From Bigelowiella natans CCMP2755 (lineage: Eukaryota; Protista; Cercozoa), in contig ADNK01002763.1 in NCBI GenBank assembly GCA_000320545.1, positions 1-59,246 of the forward strand: 59,246 bases of DNA, read 5' to 3'. The position numbers and the translations under genes are program-made. Numbering within the stretch: position 1 is the first letter of the stretch; the number at the start of each line of letters is the position of its first letter. The notes beneath the pieces were generated by a model that saw only the letters and a list, made by a program, of their open reading frames with translations, did no database searches and was not told the origin of the DNA. Shown here in pieces: positions 23,501-36,670 of the stretch.

Positions 23501-26227
23501 CAGCATCGCTAGGCATAAACAGCTTTTTCCTTCCCCGTTTCTCCATTTCTACGACGTCGATTCTATAGCTCTCAGCATGCGGGATATGACTTGGGGGAGT
23601 CGATTCAACTGGCAAATGATTAACTGCATGGCTAGGAGTATGCGCGTTGCCCCTTCCATATCTCCTATCAGAAAGTTCTCTCTTCTTGCAGTAGCACCAG
23701 CAACAGATACAAAGAGCCACAAGGAAAACAACGCCCACTACAGCTCCTATTTAACACGCGTAGGTACACTTAGGTGTGTCTATGTGTCCAGGTATGTGCG
23801 TGTGTGTGTGTGTGTACGCAAGGTTAATATGTGTGTTTAAGATACAGTGTAGTTATTGCATAAGTAATGAAAGAATAGTAACCTATCATGACAGGTGTTG
23901 ATGATAGCAGGTCTCCTCCACCCCCGCCACCTGTTGCTCCAGCAGCAACAGTATTAGGCGACAGTGTAGGTGCGGATGTAGGAGGGTCAAATATTATTGC
24001 AAGTTCTGGAATCTGGACGAAACAGAAACTATTTATCAGTTCATTTAGATCATATGAACACAGTAATGCTTAACCCCATATGTAGCCACATCGAAGCCAT
24101 TTGCCGGGTTGAAAATGTCTGGTGCATTGAGAGTTTTTCCTCGGAACTTTATGTGAATAAGGATTAGAACATAAAAATATGTATATATTCATATGTTTTT
24201 CATGCTTTCTAATTTATGAGGGCTTAAGCCGGTATATCATTTTGAAGTTTTCATAAACATCGCAGTTTTATGATAGTGTTAATTACTGTTTGGGCTGCAG
24301 TTATTCCTGGTAGCAAGACATCTGCTATAATTACCTATGAAATAGAACAAAATCAAGACACAATTACATTACTCATATATTGACAATGTATACTTACCAC
24401 ACTCCCTGGAGCGAACTGGCGCAATCGAACGAAACAAACATCAGGTAAGCCTTCAGATGTTACGATAGTTTCCTAATTTGATGTTCAAAGGAATATAACT
24501 CCACATACAAATCTTTTCGAAATAAATTCTGTAACCTGAAAGTTACGTTGAAGATCCATCTGTTCTTGAAGATCAGCAGGAAACTCCAGATTAGGGAACG
24601 TAGCTTGAAGCTAGCGAAACATCCAGTGTTAAAACGAACAAGGTTTTCGGAATAAGCAAATTAGCCTACCGTTTCGATCAAAACTACCGTCGGAGACAGT
24701 GTAGTTGGGGTATTGGTTGTCGGTGTCAAAGAGGTTGGAGAAACTGTTGTTGGATTGGTAGTCGTTGGGCTTTTACTTGTTGGTGCTAAAGGGTTACAGA
24801 AACTCGTAAGGAAATACATGTTTTAGCATATATAATATGTTCCGGAGTTGTGAAAGTACATGCTGTCGTTGGAGATGAAGAAGGCGCTGACGTGGGAGCC
24901 ATGGAGGGAGCGCAAGACGGAGCATCAGTCGTTGGATTTGACGTAGATGGTGAGTTCGTTGGTGTTAGAGTGGTTGGAGCTACAGTAGATGGAGAGACAC
25001 TAGGACTGTATGAAGGGCCTACTGTTGGTGAACCACTTGGAGCTTCTGATGGAGAAAAACTAGGAGAAATCGACGGAGAAGCACTTGGTGAAATACTGGG
25101 TGAGTATGACGGGGTTGAAGTAGGCATGGTGCTTGGTGATGTTGTTGGAGAAATTGAAGGAGTTTGCGATGGAGCTGAACTTGGAGACTCAGTAGGAACT
25201 TGCGTCGGCGAAGCAGTGGGGCTACTAGTTGGAGATCCGGTTGGCGTAGTGGATGGGCTAAGGGATGGTACTTCAGTGGGAGATCTGGTTGCTGGGATCG
25301 GGGAGGTTGAGGGAGCGAATGTTGGTGAGGTAGAAGGACAGATACTTGGATTAACTGTTGGTGAGATAGAAGGACAGATACTTGGATTAACTGTTGGGGA
25401 GGTTGATGGGGTCAAGGTCGGTGCGCAACTTGGAACTTTAGTGGGAATATTTGGTGAATATGACGGGACCATCGTAGGTGAGAAGCTAGGGGACACAGAA
25501 GGGGATGCAGATGGATTTGACGTCGGTATGTCAGTTGGAGACTCTGTGAGGATATTTGGTGAAGATGAAGGAGTCAATGTTGGTGAGAAAGTCGGCATAA
25601 GAGAGGGAGACGAAGATGGATTTGAAGTTGGCGAAGAACTCGGTGCTCCTGTGAGAATAATTGGTGAAATTGATGGGGCTAGCGTAGGAGATATAGTGGG
25701 GGAATTAGACGGAGTTGCTGATGGGGTGAAGGTCGGCGAGTTACTCGGGGAAGATGAAGGACCTAGCGTAGGTTCTACACTTGGCGAAAACGTAGGAGAT
25801 ATTGATGGATTTGTAGTCGGCAATTCAGTTGGAGACTCTGTGGGAGATAATGAAGATGCTGCAGTTGGGAAGGTTGTAGGGCTGGTCGATGGGGACAGTG
25901 TTGGAGAAAAACTCGGTGCCTCAGTGTGGATACTTGGTGAAGATGATGGAGCTTGCGTTAGTGACATTGTGGGAGTTTGTGTAGGAGATATGGAGAGGCT
26001 AAGAGATGGAGTTATAGATGGATTGAAGGTAGGTGAATTACTGCTGGCCCCAGTAATAACAGGGGACGCTGTGGGAGCTACAGTAGATAGAATGCTAGGC
26101 GAGTTGGACTAGATATCACAAAACGTAAAGCCATATCGTATGAGATATATTGTGTGGCAAAAGCAAATTAAAACAATTCAAATTAGAGTTTCGTTTCACA
26201 TCTGTTGGCCATTACCGCCAATGCCAT
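20512..26227 (-). CDS. receptor-like protein kinase (TKL/tyrosine-kinase-like) with Ser/Pro/Thr mucin-like stalk, single TM and low-complexity tail; multi-exon
   Basis: PTxSP[ST] repeat exon of about 24790-26110, TM GVVFLVALCICCWCYC-KKR, and kinase motifs KEGLFG, AVLK, HGNLVKIIG, EYCANGSL, HGDLACENIM, WVAPES, SDLWSLGVTFWE and EPEERPS. Confidence 0.85.
24790..26110 (-). repeat. coding degenerate repeat array (PT/S-x-SP-S/T)
   Basis: Translation of the minus-strand ORF 24786-25967 and its upstream extension. Confidence 0.85.
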
Positions 26228-26879
26228 GTTATTTTCTAGTAGGAAGATGAACAAATTGAACGCGTGAAATATCGAATACTTTCCGGTCTGAATTTTCTGA
26301 TGGCATCATTAACTACATTTAAAATTTTCAATTTGAAAACGGAATTGTTTCATTTCAAGTTGTCAGTAAATTTACCATTTTGCCTTGTTTGTTGTGGATT
26401 GTTTGTGAATGAACAAATCCACCACAGAGCCTCTCGCGATTACTAAAGGTCAGAACCCTTTCTCACTGACACCTAACGAAATCGTCGTGATAATTTTAAA
26501 AGTAAGTTTCGCAGCCTGTGCAGCTGGTATCCTCGTCTATCGATAGGGTCAGCAACTTTGTACGTGCACTGCTTAGAGTCGGCGAAGTCGAGCGCCTCGG
26601 AATGCGTTTATGCTATAAATCCCAAGGGTTTTAACATTGCGACATTTAAATATCCGCTTTGGTATGAAATAACGGCTAAGACAGCGAATTGTCTGAAGTG
26701 GGAAGTCTTCTCGATTCCATCACTGCGACATGACTTCACAGGAAGGCAGAGATGAATAAATCACCGGGTTCCCCTCTATTCTAAATGCTCACACGTAGCA
26801 CTCGCATTCTATTAATAGCACGCCTCAGTCTTGAAGAACAAATTCGGAATGTTTTTGGGCAAATTTCCCCCCTTAGAGC

Positions 26880-28070
26880 TCGCAAAAACTGCCAAATTGT
26901 CTTGTCGCTTGCCGCAAGTCGAGCATCACTTTCTTTTGGCAAAAAGAAACAACTTGATGAACATTCGAAAATGGGGACGTGTTGTGGACGCAGTTGTGTG
27001 CACAGACGAAAACCACTTGGTGTCATGGCATTTCCAGCGCACGAAACAAGTGCTCACAATCTGGATCCATCAGAGGTCATTGCTTTCGATCACAAATGTT
27101 CGAATTACTACAGGAAAAATGCTTGCACTGGCACTAGAACTGTGCGACTGGGAGTTTGAACAGACTGTTGAGTCGTGACTTGCTGGCTTGCACGCAAGTG
27201 TTGTCTCGAATCAATTCCACCGCCAATGTTGATGAATTGGATCCATCATTAGGATTTTCACGATGCTGACGAGAGCAAGAACATGATCCCAAAACAAGTT
27301 GAAAGCAAAGACGAGGCCATGTTGTTGGACCCAGGAAACTGACACTCACCGCTGGACCATGTTGTTGGACCTGGGAAACTGACACTCACCGCTGGGCCAG
27401 TCCAGCAGAGCACAGTGATTGTGAAAATTCAAAAGTCAATGCAAGTTTCATTTCTGGCCATCACTTGAACATTGCTAGATTGATGACAATTCTGTGTGTC
27501 CATCATCTCTGCGTTTTGCTGACCAGCTTGCAAGGCATGCTAGCATGCAAGACGCTCGTGAACGTGCCACGCTGCATGGCTAATTGCTCTAGTGGTGCAC
27601 GCATCTGACAACAAGCCGGCGGTGCACACAGTCATTGCAATTGGAGCTTGCCAGGTTCGGTTCCACAGATTGCTAGCAACACAACATGCGACAAATCAGT
27701 CATTTCAACAAACACGCTAGCACGCCTACGCGTGCATTAACATGTTTCAATTTTTGTGATTTCAACGATGCTGTGCTACGTCACCAGCAGCTTGCTAGCT
27801 TGCATGCCGCCACGCACATGATCCATTTTTGTGACGACAACTTGATGATGGAGGCTTTGCACGTGAGTTCGAGCTCGACCATGCTAGCATGCTGCATGGT
27901 TCACCTTCCTCCAATCTGACCAAAGTGAGTGAGTTTGTGTGTTAGGCAGGAACTTGGCTCATTTCTTGTTCTCAGTTGCACGTCTAGTGGTGTGCATGCC
28001 ACATGCCATGATGCATGCTCGCTAGCTCGGTGTAGCTACAGCTCTAGCCGCATTTCATTAGCTAAACTCA
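26880..28070. other. partially TpA-depleted tract grading into a CTAG-rich island
   Basis: Very few non-CTAG TA in 26880-27530; about 10 CTAG in 27470-28050, including two CATGCTAGCATG. Confidence 0.7.
27317..27395. repeat. 40-bp tandem duplication
   Basis: ccatgttgttggacc[CA/TG]ggaaactgacactcaccgctgg x2. Confidence 0.9.
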
Positions 28071-28184
28071 GACGAGTTTCCGTGTCTGTTGAGAATGTTT
28101 ACTTGTGGTAATCTTAGATTCGCGGAAGGAACAGTTTCAATTTAATTAGTCTTGCACTATGGATGTCTCACTTCTATGATTTTG

Positions 28185-29994
28185 CTAAGTTAAATAATGT
28201 TTTCGAGATGATTTGATCTGTTGCACGTATGAATTCCGAACCAACGCCATCTCATGGCAGCATCCAAATCCTGGTACCCCAGCATCTATTAATGCAGGAT
28301 GTATCGCTGGCTTTCGGTCGTGTGCATCTTGTGATGTTGCCATATTCGAAGAGTGAAACATGAGTGCAAAGTGGTCCCTTATAAGTCGGACAAATTCCGA
28401 CGAATCCTTTACCGAAACAACACTTGGAGTAATTTCTCCATAGTGCACCTCTAGATAAAGGAGCTTTACACTCGCCCAGAAAAACGGCATAGCTTTCGCA
28501 AGTTGAGGAAGCGCCCTCCACTCACAGCCTTCACAATCTAATTTCATCATGTACACCTCTCTCTCCTGATGTCCGAGTCTCCTTACGATCTCTGGAAACG
28601 TCATGAACGGCCCGTCAAACGGCCACTCTGATTTGTTATTCTTTGCCCCGTAGGGATCGGATGAAGCGTAGAGACACCATTTATGGAAATGAACATTGTG
28701 CGCCAAGTGCGGTCGATGGTCCTTCGTGCAATCAAACGCATGAACCTCACACCCCTTCAGTCCCCAGAGGATTTCAGAGTTATAGATATTGCTAACACCG
28801 AAGCTGTACACTAAACACCGAGGTGGGATTGCCCACGACTCACACACACCCCAGACCTCTCGCTTTTCCTTCATTTTATGGGAAATATTCCAATTTGTCT
28901 TATGGCAAGTGAACGAGTTTTCAAAGCAGGCGGGGGTAACTAGACACGCTCCTAGGGATGCGCGATTGGCCTCTAACACCGCACTATCACTCGGAGCAGA
29001 AATGCCATATGAACCAGGAAGAGCGATCCTAAAATTGAAAAAGTTTACAAGTTCAACCGGTCCAAAACAAAAATATTCCTCAATCCGCATTATGAATGGC
29101 AATGTTATTTCCTCGCGTTGGCTGTGTTTAATTTTCTCAACTATTACCACGAAGCTTTTGCGTAGGCCCTCTTCGCCTCTAGCTGTTGCAGCTCGAACGT
29201 CACTTCGTGCGGGCCTGGGGAAATGAGCATTCTTGGCGATTTCCAGTCCTCCGTGGTAGTCCTTACTGAGGGTTTATGGCTGAAAATGGTGTCGCCGTCT
29301 AGTAGCAGTCTCGATGGCCCGGAACTGTCAGTGTAGACGGAGAAAGAATAATGCCCTTTGGAGGCAGCGGAGAATATATTCCTCGCCACGCATCGCATTG
29401 TAAAGTTAGTCTTTCGCCCATTGAGCTCGGAGCAACCCTCCCATTTCCATCCGTATCCTTCCTGCCACGTTGTTGCCAGGGACCGCATCTTCTCGACAGT
29501 GACAAGCTTAGAAGAAGAAGAAGAAGAAGAAGAAGAAGAAGAAGAAGAATAGGAGGAGGAGGAGGAGGAGGCAGTGGGTTCCCCATCGTTAGCATAAAAT
29601 CCGCAAAACCATGGTCCTATGGCCAGAGATCGCTCGGATGTTGTCAGCGCTGTTGCCTTTCCATTCCTAATGGCAAAGATGTGCATTTTGCGTAGTAGTC
29701 CGGAATGTTCGGTGGCGCAGAATATAAAGTAAAATGCTTTCATGCTTTCGAAATATAGGCTAAATACTCCATCAATTCAACTGATCCCAACTGTGCTGGA
29801 CCCTTCCCCTAAGAGTGCCAGTACCTCTCCTTCCATATCGAAGAATACGAATGAAAAAGCGAACCGTCATCCGGAGAATCCGTGCTTCTGGCTGTGATAA
29901 TGCTGGGGTTCCTGTGGTTAGGCTGCGACACCTGGTAGTCTAGGTTCACCAGCTGGACGAAGAAGACTAAGAAAACCAGTCCGAAAATCCATAC
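28185..29994 (-). CDS. type II membrane protein: PA14-like domain plus SAM-dependent methyltransferase (METTL24/Methyltransf_22/FkbM-like); 5' start upstream and unresolved
   Basis: Methyltransferase motifs CLVYSFGV..E..GCEVHAFD and MKLDCEGCEW. PA14-like GHYSFSVYTDS..SRLLLDGDTI..GPHEVTFE..ASW. An intron at 29147-29029 joins the two ORFs in frame (KASW/IALPG). TM exon VWIFGLVFLVFFVQL. Confidence 0.8.
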
Positions 29995-30901
29995 CTGTAA
30001 TGATTTCTTATTCTTAGCGAAAGCAATTTAATCGGGATGATCCCGATTCCACCGAGACTCGTATACGCACACGCACACATGCACATACAGACGTACATTC
30101 ACGGTTCATGCAATTTGATCCGCTACTCGCAAAGAGGCTATGTGAGGACTACAATGGCGTTTTTCATGCCGCTTCCCGCCCCAGGACGATACGTCGATCC
30201 TCGGCTTCACTGCATCAAGATCAGGGGATGTTGATAACGACGTATGCTTAACGCTTTACCAATTGCCACCAACGACAACTAAATACCTTGTCGCTGTCCA
30301 TAAACCACAATGATTTGCACTACTAATAGAACACAAGGAAAGTATCCTTTTTCCAGCTTAAAACATCCAATTAGAATTAGTTTTCGGATAAAACATTCGG
30401 GCGAAATTCAGTGCGGTTTTCGAAATACGTACTGTCAAGTCTGGGTACAATTCTAGATAATTACGGCATTAAAAATCCCACTTTTCCTTCTGGCAGCTGG
30501 CTCTCGGAAACCTGCGAAATTTGCCCTCCCCCTTTCCGCGACGTACTTCGGTTTTACGTGGCGCTGTTCAGGCAAAGCACATCCAATGTTCAGATGAGAG
30601 TGCAGCTTAGATCCAGTAATATAGATCTGTGGTCTCCTATAAGGAGAAGGCAATATCGGGTGCGTGAAAACGTCTGCTAGAGTAACCAACTTGATTTGAG
30701 CTTCTATGTCTGTTTTCAGAAGTCCCTTACTAGGGACTTTTTCTCGGTGACGGTTTTCATCGCTATCACCCAAGCCTTGCTTTGGCCTGAATCGTTCGGG
30801 GTAAGTATACTCGCGTGGCCTGCTCGCAACATTTCCGGTTTTTCGATTTTCACCATCTCTGCCAAAAAAACTGAGTATCGCCATTCGCTTTGATCCTACA
30901 G

Positions 30902-33046
30902 GCTAAGTGGAGAAATTCCGACGCGGCGCATCGTCATGCCTCTGCGCATAGCGCTGCTGCGGATTTTGCAGTTGCAACCTCGTTCAGCGAAGCCGGCTTG
31001 TTGTGCATGTCTTTGCCGCCGCCAGGCGTGAGAAGAGTCAACGGGGAAACAGAAGCAGCATCGCGTGGCCGAGAGAAGAATCAAAACAGAGATTATGCTA
31101 GGAACGCAGCCTATGAAACTGAATTTGCTCTGCGAGCGCTGCCTCTTCCACCGCCGCATCTTTTGCCGATTCCGTCTTCAGCCGCAACAGCTGGAGAACA
31201 ACACGTCGAGGCCGTTGGAGTAGCTCCCTTCTTAGTTTCTAGCTGCGATGATCCTCCTGGGACGCACTCCTTCCCGAAAGGAACGAGAAAGAGGCGTCGA
31301 CGTTTCAAAGCTTTCCACCTTTCCACAAGTGTACCGGTCACAGGCGATCTATCTGATCGCACGATCATAGGCTTGGAGGCCTTTCTCAACGCCAACAGCC
31401 CCTCACCAAATGGCATGATGAATCATGAAGATCGTGAAGAGAAACTTAATTCCGAGAACGACGTTGATAGGCTGCTCGGTCCTCACTTTACGTCAAATCT
31501 GAAGAAGCAGCAGCAGCAGCAGCAGCAACAGCAACAAGCGACAAGGCGCGACTCTGTGCTAACGGGTTTCTCTTCAACAGCCCTTCAGAGAGGAGTTCCT
31601 GAAGCGGAGATTTCGATTCCATTCCGCGTAGTTAGGGCTCTGCAAGACTTCCTTTTTCGAGAAGGATATAAGTAATGAACAAAGATACAAATCATGAACG
31701 ATGACTGCCATAATCAATGTTTCATCGTCCCCTTTTCTCCCATTCTCCGACAATTGATGCTCTATCGATGCTCTATGTATAACCCTCTTGTTCCGCTGCC
31801 TCAAATCGTAAATATGATCATCGTCGATATACCGCCATTGTAGGCTTCCTCTTGATGGGAAAATGGGGATTGAGACGATCGAGGAGCTCCAGGTAGTGTT
31901 AGTAAGGGGTTCCGATCTAATTTCGATCTGCTGCGATGCGAGCATTGCGAAACTACCATGTGCGCCCTATTGGTTGCTCCGGCCCTAGATAGGCCACTGT
32001 GCGCACATAGCGACTCATGTATAATGTGGAGGAGGGGGGTGGGGGAAATCTGGATTTGGGAGAGAAAGGATGCAACACCAAGATCAACAGCAATAGGAAC
32101 ACGATGATGTATGTTGTAGGCATTTCTGCAAGACGATGCGAGAGCTCATCAGGGGATACAAAATCAGCAGCAACAGCAAGCATCGACGCCATATCTTTCC
32201 TCCCCGGAGTCTCCTCTTCCACCTACCCCCCTTCGAGCAGCGGCGCCCCGTTTCGTACAAATAACGGGTGAGATGGACGCGGAAACGGTTATCAGTCTCC
32301 AGGCCTTTCTCAATCAGTACTGCGCTCCAGACATTGGCAAAGGGAGGGGGGAGGAGGAGGGGTGCGAAGGGGAAGGGATAAGCCGAAATGAAAAGAGGAA
32401 AAGGACCAAAACGGCTGCTGCAGGCAATGGACTCCACTTCTCGCACCGAGCTGGAGATGGAGGGGAGGGGGGAACGGAGGACGAGGAGGAGCACGACGAA
32501 GAAGAAGACTCACAGAAGCTCTTAGATTACTATGAGAAGAAGTTTATAGATGGCGGCGAGATCAACGCGGCTGATAATGACCACGGGAGTCTAGTCGGAA
32601 TGGATGAAATGGACGAGCTGTCAAAGCACGGAGACCCGCGACACTTGGCCGATAAGTGGTTCGAGAAAAACATGAAGGACAGCGGAGATGGAACTCCCTC
32701 AGCCGCCGCGGCGGTTGACGAAGAAAGCATAACAACGCAAGCATCCTCGGAAAACAAGGAAGGGGGGAAACCGGGGGCAGATCAGATGTTAGACGTGAAA
32801 ATGGAGGCCAGCTGGATAGCCTTCCTTCGGCGACAGGTAGTATCATCAAAGCGTAATAGTAGCAGTTGTAGTTGCAGTGGTAGTTGCATCAGTGGTAGCA
32901 CTAGCAGTTGGTAGCAGTAGTACAGGTAGTAGTTTGGGTAGTAGCAGTCCTTCCTCTTCTTTCTTCTTCTTCTTTTTTTTCTTCTTCTTCTTCTTCTTCT
33001 TCTTTATTAGCTGCAAGCTGCACAGATAATACGCTCTAGAGCCTGA
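30902..33046 (+). CDS. protein with three peptidoglycan-binding-like (PGBD) repeats and an acidic tail; 5' exons upstream (~30400-30810) unresolved
   Basis: VPVTGDLSDRTIIGLEAFLN, VVRALQDFL..GYK/LPLDGKMGIETIEELQ/AFLQ and VQITGEMDAETVISLQAFLN across GT-AG exons; last exon 33011-33046. Confidence 0.6.
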
Positions 33047-33835
33047 GAGTGCTGGTTAGCTTGTCATCTCAGTGCTCCGTGATGTGTGGGGTGGGGATGG
33101 GTAAAAGGTTCTGAAGGATATGAACGCAACGGAGGAGGATCTTGCGTCCTCGGAGATCGCTCAGGATAGATTCCAAGACATCATCCAGATAGGCTTTCTA
33201 GGCTTCAAGGTCGCTCCTCCTAAGCTACTGACTCCTCTCTGCTAGTTGCACTCGAAACAAACCAAGAACTCGCGGCAGCATGTTGATGCATCTTCCCATA
33301 ACAGCAATCGTTGTGTCGTAAATTCATCATTCACCTCTTCTCGGTGGTAGTTCCGGAAAGAAGGCGTTTACATACTTCCTGAGTGTTGCATTTAAGTCCT
33401 TCCACCTTCGACATCGCACCCCCCCCCCCTCCCTTCCCCCACCCGCAGGAGCAAATGCATCGCGATAAGCGCGAAAAGGAGATGGATGAGACGGTGATGG
33501 ATTAGCGAATACCGATTAGCATTAGTGCGTGTCGAATACGGCGGGGGGCAGAAGAGAATACGATGCTTAGAGCTCAGCATATGCTTTTGTGCTATTTGCT
33601 GCTACAATATAGGGAGGCGAAGGAACAATATTTTTTTATAGGCTCCGACCTCTCCGTATCCTGTCTGCGACACATCTCCGAATGAAGATTGCTTGTCGCG
33701 ACCTTGAAACCGGTTAGTTGTCGATAGATTTGCTGCTGCTTTTGCGACCATTCCGCATGGCTAATTTGGCGGTGCTTCCGTTTTTTCCGCGTTTTTTCTC
33801 CGTTCTTCAATAAGTTTTAGTAGCTAGATAGATAT

Positions 33836-33910
<75 letters not shown>

Positions 33911-33963
33911 TCACACACAAATCCATATCATTTCTATTCGTTCCTTGCTCCTCCCCCCTTCCT

Positions 33964-34009
<46 letters not shown>

Positions 34010-34055
34010 CTCTCTCTATTGCACTCTAATAAAATATTTTCCTGTCACGGGCTAG

Positions 34056-34838
34056 GTGAGGATATAGTCGCGGTTGTGTTCATCGGTGGGTTGCTGGAGA
34101 ACGGTTTATCGCGGCAATCGTTCGAGTTCATGCGAGACTCGGAACAATCCACGGTTCATATTGCTGCAACATGCCTGCACCCGTTGTGCTGTCATCTTAA
34201 TTCCTAACTACTTCGATCGATAATGATCGTGACAATGCTGCTAAGTGCAATACCTCACCATTCGTTGACTTTCTCGCGTTCTTAAAAACCTCTTTTCTCG
34301 TGTCGTCGCAACGTCAGCTCATGGCCCTGGCGCGTACGGAAGCGAGAGACCTCTTTCCTCGTTCTCCTTCGGGCTTGATTGCAAATGCGACTAGGTTTGC
34401 ACGCTGGCCGGCTTACTACCACAAGGCGGTGCACGGCATGGACCTAGATGAGTTTCAGAAGGAATTCTCGGAGAGCGCATACAAGATATCATCGCAATTC
34501 ATTGTGGGGAGAAAACTGCGCAGGGGGCAGAGGAGAGAGGGAAGGAGGGCCCTGGAGGCCTACATCTCACGAACGGTTTTCAAAGCTATCAGAGGTACGA
34601 TTCATCAATAACTCCCCGCCGTTATCACTACCTACCACATACGTTGCTCCATATTTTTCAAGATGATCATATGTGTATTTACATCTGTGCCAACATAATT
34701 CTCATTATCATTGTAATGAATCATGATCATCATTTCATCGTCGTTGAACTTGTGTAATGAAACACACCATTTTTCCCAGCTGTGCTTAATGTCGCACATG
34801 CGCTGAAGCTGGCGTCGACAACCAGCGAAGGAATGTAA
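34056..34838 (+). CDS. hypothetical protein, 3' exons
   Basis: Exons GEDIVAVVFIGGLLENG..., LMALARTEARDLFPRS...VFKAIR and AVLNVAHALKLASTTSEGM*, with splice sites. Confidence 0.45.
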
Positions 34839-35509
34839 TTAGAGATGATATAGAATATAAACCAATCATGCACACATACTCACACACACACACGCACACA
34901 CATTTACTTATTGAAAAATTTTACTAGCAAAATCTAATGTGATGTGTAGCGCAAATTGAGACGTAATGGTACACTTCAAGGTTCGTTGTCTCTCCATCGC
35001 GCGCACTGGCATTAGATGCAGTGACATTGTCAGGAAAGGTGTTACTAAAGGCTTTTTGATTATTCTATGGACGTAGCGAAGAAGTCACAAATAATATTTA
35101 CATTATGTAAAACAAAAGGTGTTTATCGAGGGTCATAGATGTTCATCATTTATCTAATTTTGGGTGTGTGTTTCATTTGTATTTGCTCTAGATCCGAGAC
35201 ATTGAGTTTTTGCAGCTTGCACCGGTATTACCATAAAATAATTCTAGAGAGGAACCTGGGAATTAACAAATTTGAAATATCTGAAGGTTTCTGATTCAAG
35301 GAGAAAGCAGTTGCTAGCGGATATCAGCAACAACGACGACGGCATAAAAACCTCTTCCGTGCCTATTCTTTTCCCTTCAAATTTAATTCGGTTTCTCAGG
35401 AATATGTACCGTAAGTGCTATATCCAGTATATAACTGTCTAAATACTTTAAAATTGTTTCTTTTCGACGATGTTTATGTTTTCACATTCCTCTGCCGAAA
35501 ATGAAATAG

Positions 35510-35613
35510 AAACACTTACGGAGGAAGCGAAACTGCACAAGATCAAAGCGAAGGCACTAGACGCTATTGCAACCTTGGAGAGTTTCCACGGGAGGTCGCC
35601 ATATTTTGCATGA
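35510..35613 (+). CDS. terminal exon of a short hypothetical gene
   Basis: TLTEEAKLHKIKAKALDAIATLESFHGRSPYFA*; upstream exons unresolved. Confidence 0.25.
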
Positions 35614-36044
35614 GCAAAGAGGCGAGAGAGATGAAGATAGGGAAAGGAAGAAAATGAAGATGGAGAAGAAGATAATGAAGAAAAGGAGGAAATTATTAAG
35701 AAGGAATGCAACCAGGAAACGAGACAGTGAAATAGCGATGATAATTAACAACATATCTTTCCGAAGACACATGTGACACATGAATTGCTGTGCCCATTAG
35801 TTTTTGCCTCACGGCCTCCTGGGTGCTGGAGTGCTTTCGGGTAGCAGAAAGCTAGATATAATAGAAATGGGCTAAATCCTTTTGATCTGCTGTTCTAAGA
35901 TTGTGTTCGTTGTTGCACTATGTGCGATGATGACTACGATGATCATCATCTGCAATAATCGCTGATAATTTTCATAGTTACGAAATAGAGGGTGTGGAAG
36001 ATGCGGGTGATAAGGAGAGGGGGGGAAATGTGCGCTAACATTCA

Positions 36045-36637
36045 TAGGACAATTTTACATCGGTGTGTTCCACTTTGCTAGTCATTTGATGTACCGGAAT
36101 GGACGTTAAGATTTCCCAAGTATTCGGTTGTTAGAGCCTTGAAGAACATGTAAGACAACGAAGTGAATCGATTGAATAACAAACACTTTTTTCACAAGCA
36201 TGCTTCTGTGTCTGCATGCAATGAACATCGGCATATCGAATCCACAAGAGTGCTGAGTCTATGCCACCAATTAGAGAGGCTTTTGAAGGAGACAATGTTG
36301 TTCCCATGGGCTCTGAGGTAGATGAGGGAAGTGCAAGCAACCCATTGACAAAACGTTTAGATGGAACAATCTTCCTTGTTTTGTTTGTTCTCACAATGCT
36401 GCATGTGGTGTTTTCCCAATTGGCCTCCGTTTCAAACCTTGCATTTTCATCACTTGCAAAGGGGTTCGTAGTGGATTGGATGATTTCCTCAGAGAACTGC
36501 AGTGTCGTTGTGGATTTCGGGGAATCGACACGTTCGGAAATTGTCCATGCTCCTCCGAATTCCCTTCTGCCCCTCCAACACTTGCAACATGCAAGCAGGT
36601 AGGAGGCGGGATCAATGTGCCAAGCACCTGCCAACAC
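36045..36637 (-). pseudogene. possible degenerate Penelope-like reverse-transcriptase fragment
   Basis: PMGTTLSPSKASL...LLWIRYADV...VEHTDVKL resembles PLE RT motifs (xMGxxxSPxxA, WxRYxDD, xFLDV). The spacing is short and the second Asp is missing. Confidence 0.3.
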
Positions 36638-36670
36638 TGAAGTGGAAAGAGAGGGGGGGAGGGAGGGCTA

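Noticed and set aside
24850-26112. 420-aa Gly/Val/Glu-rich + strand ORF
   Set aside because: It is the antisense shadow of the Ser/Pro/Thr stalk exon of the minus-strand kinase.
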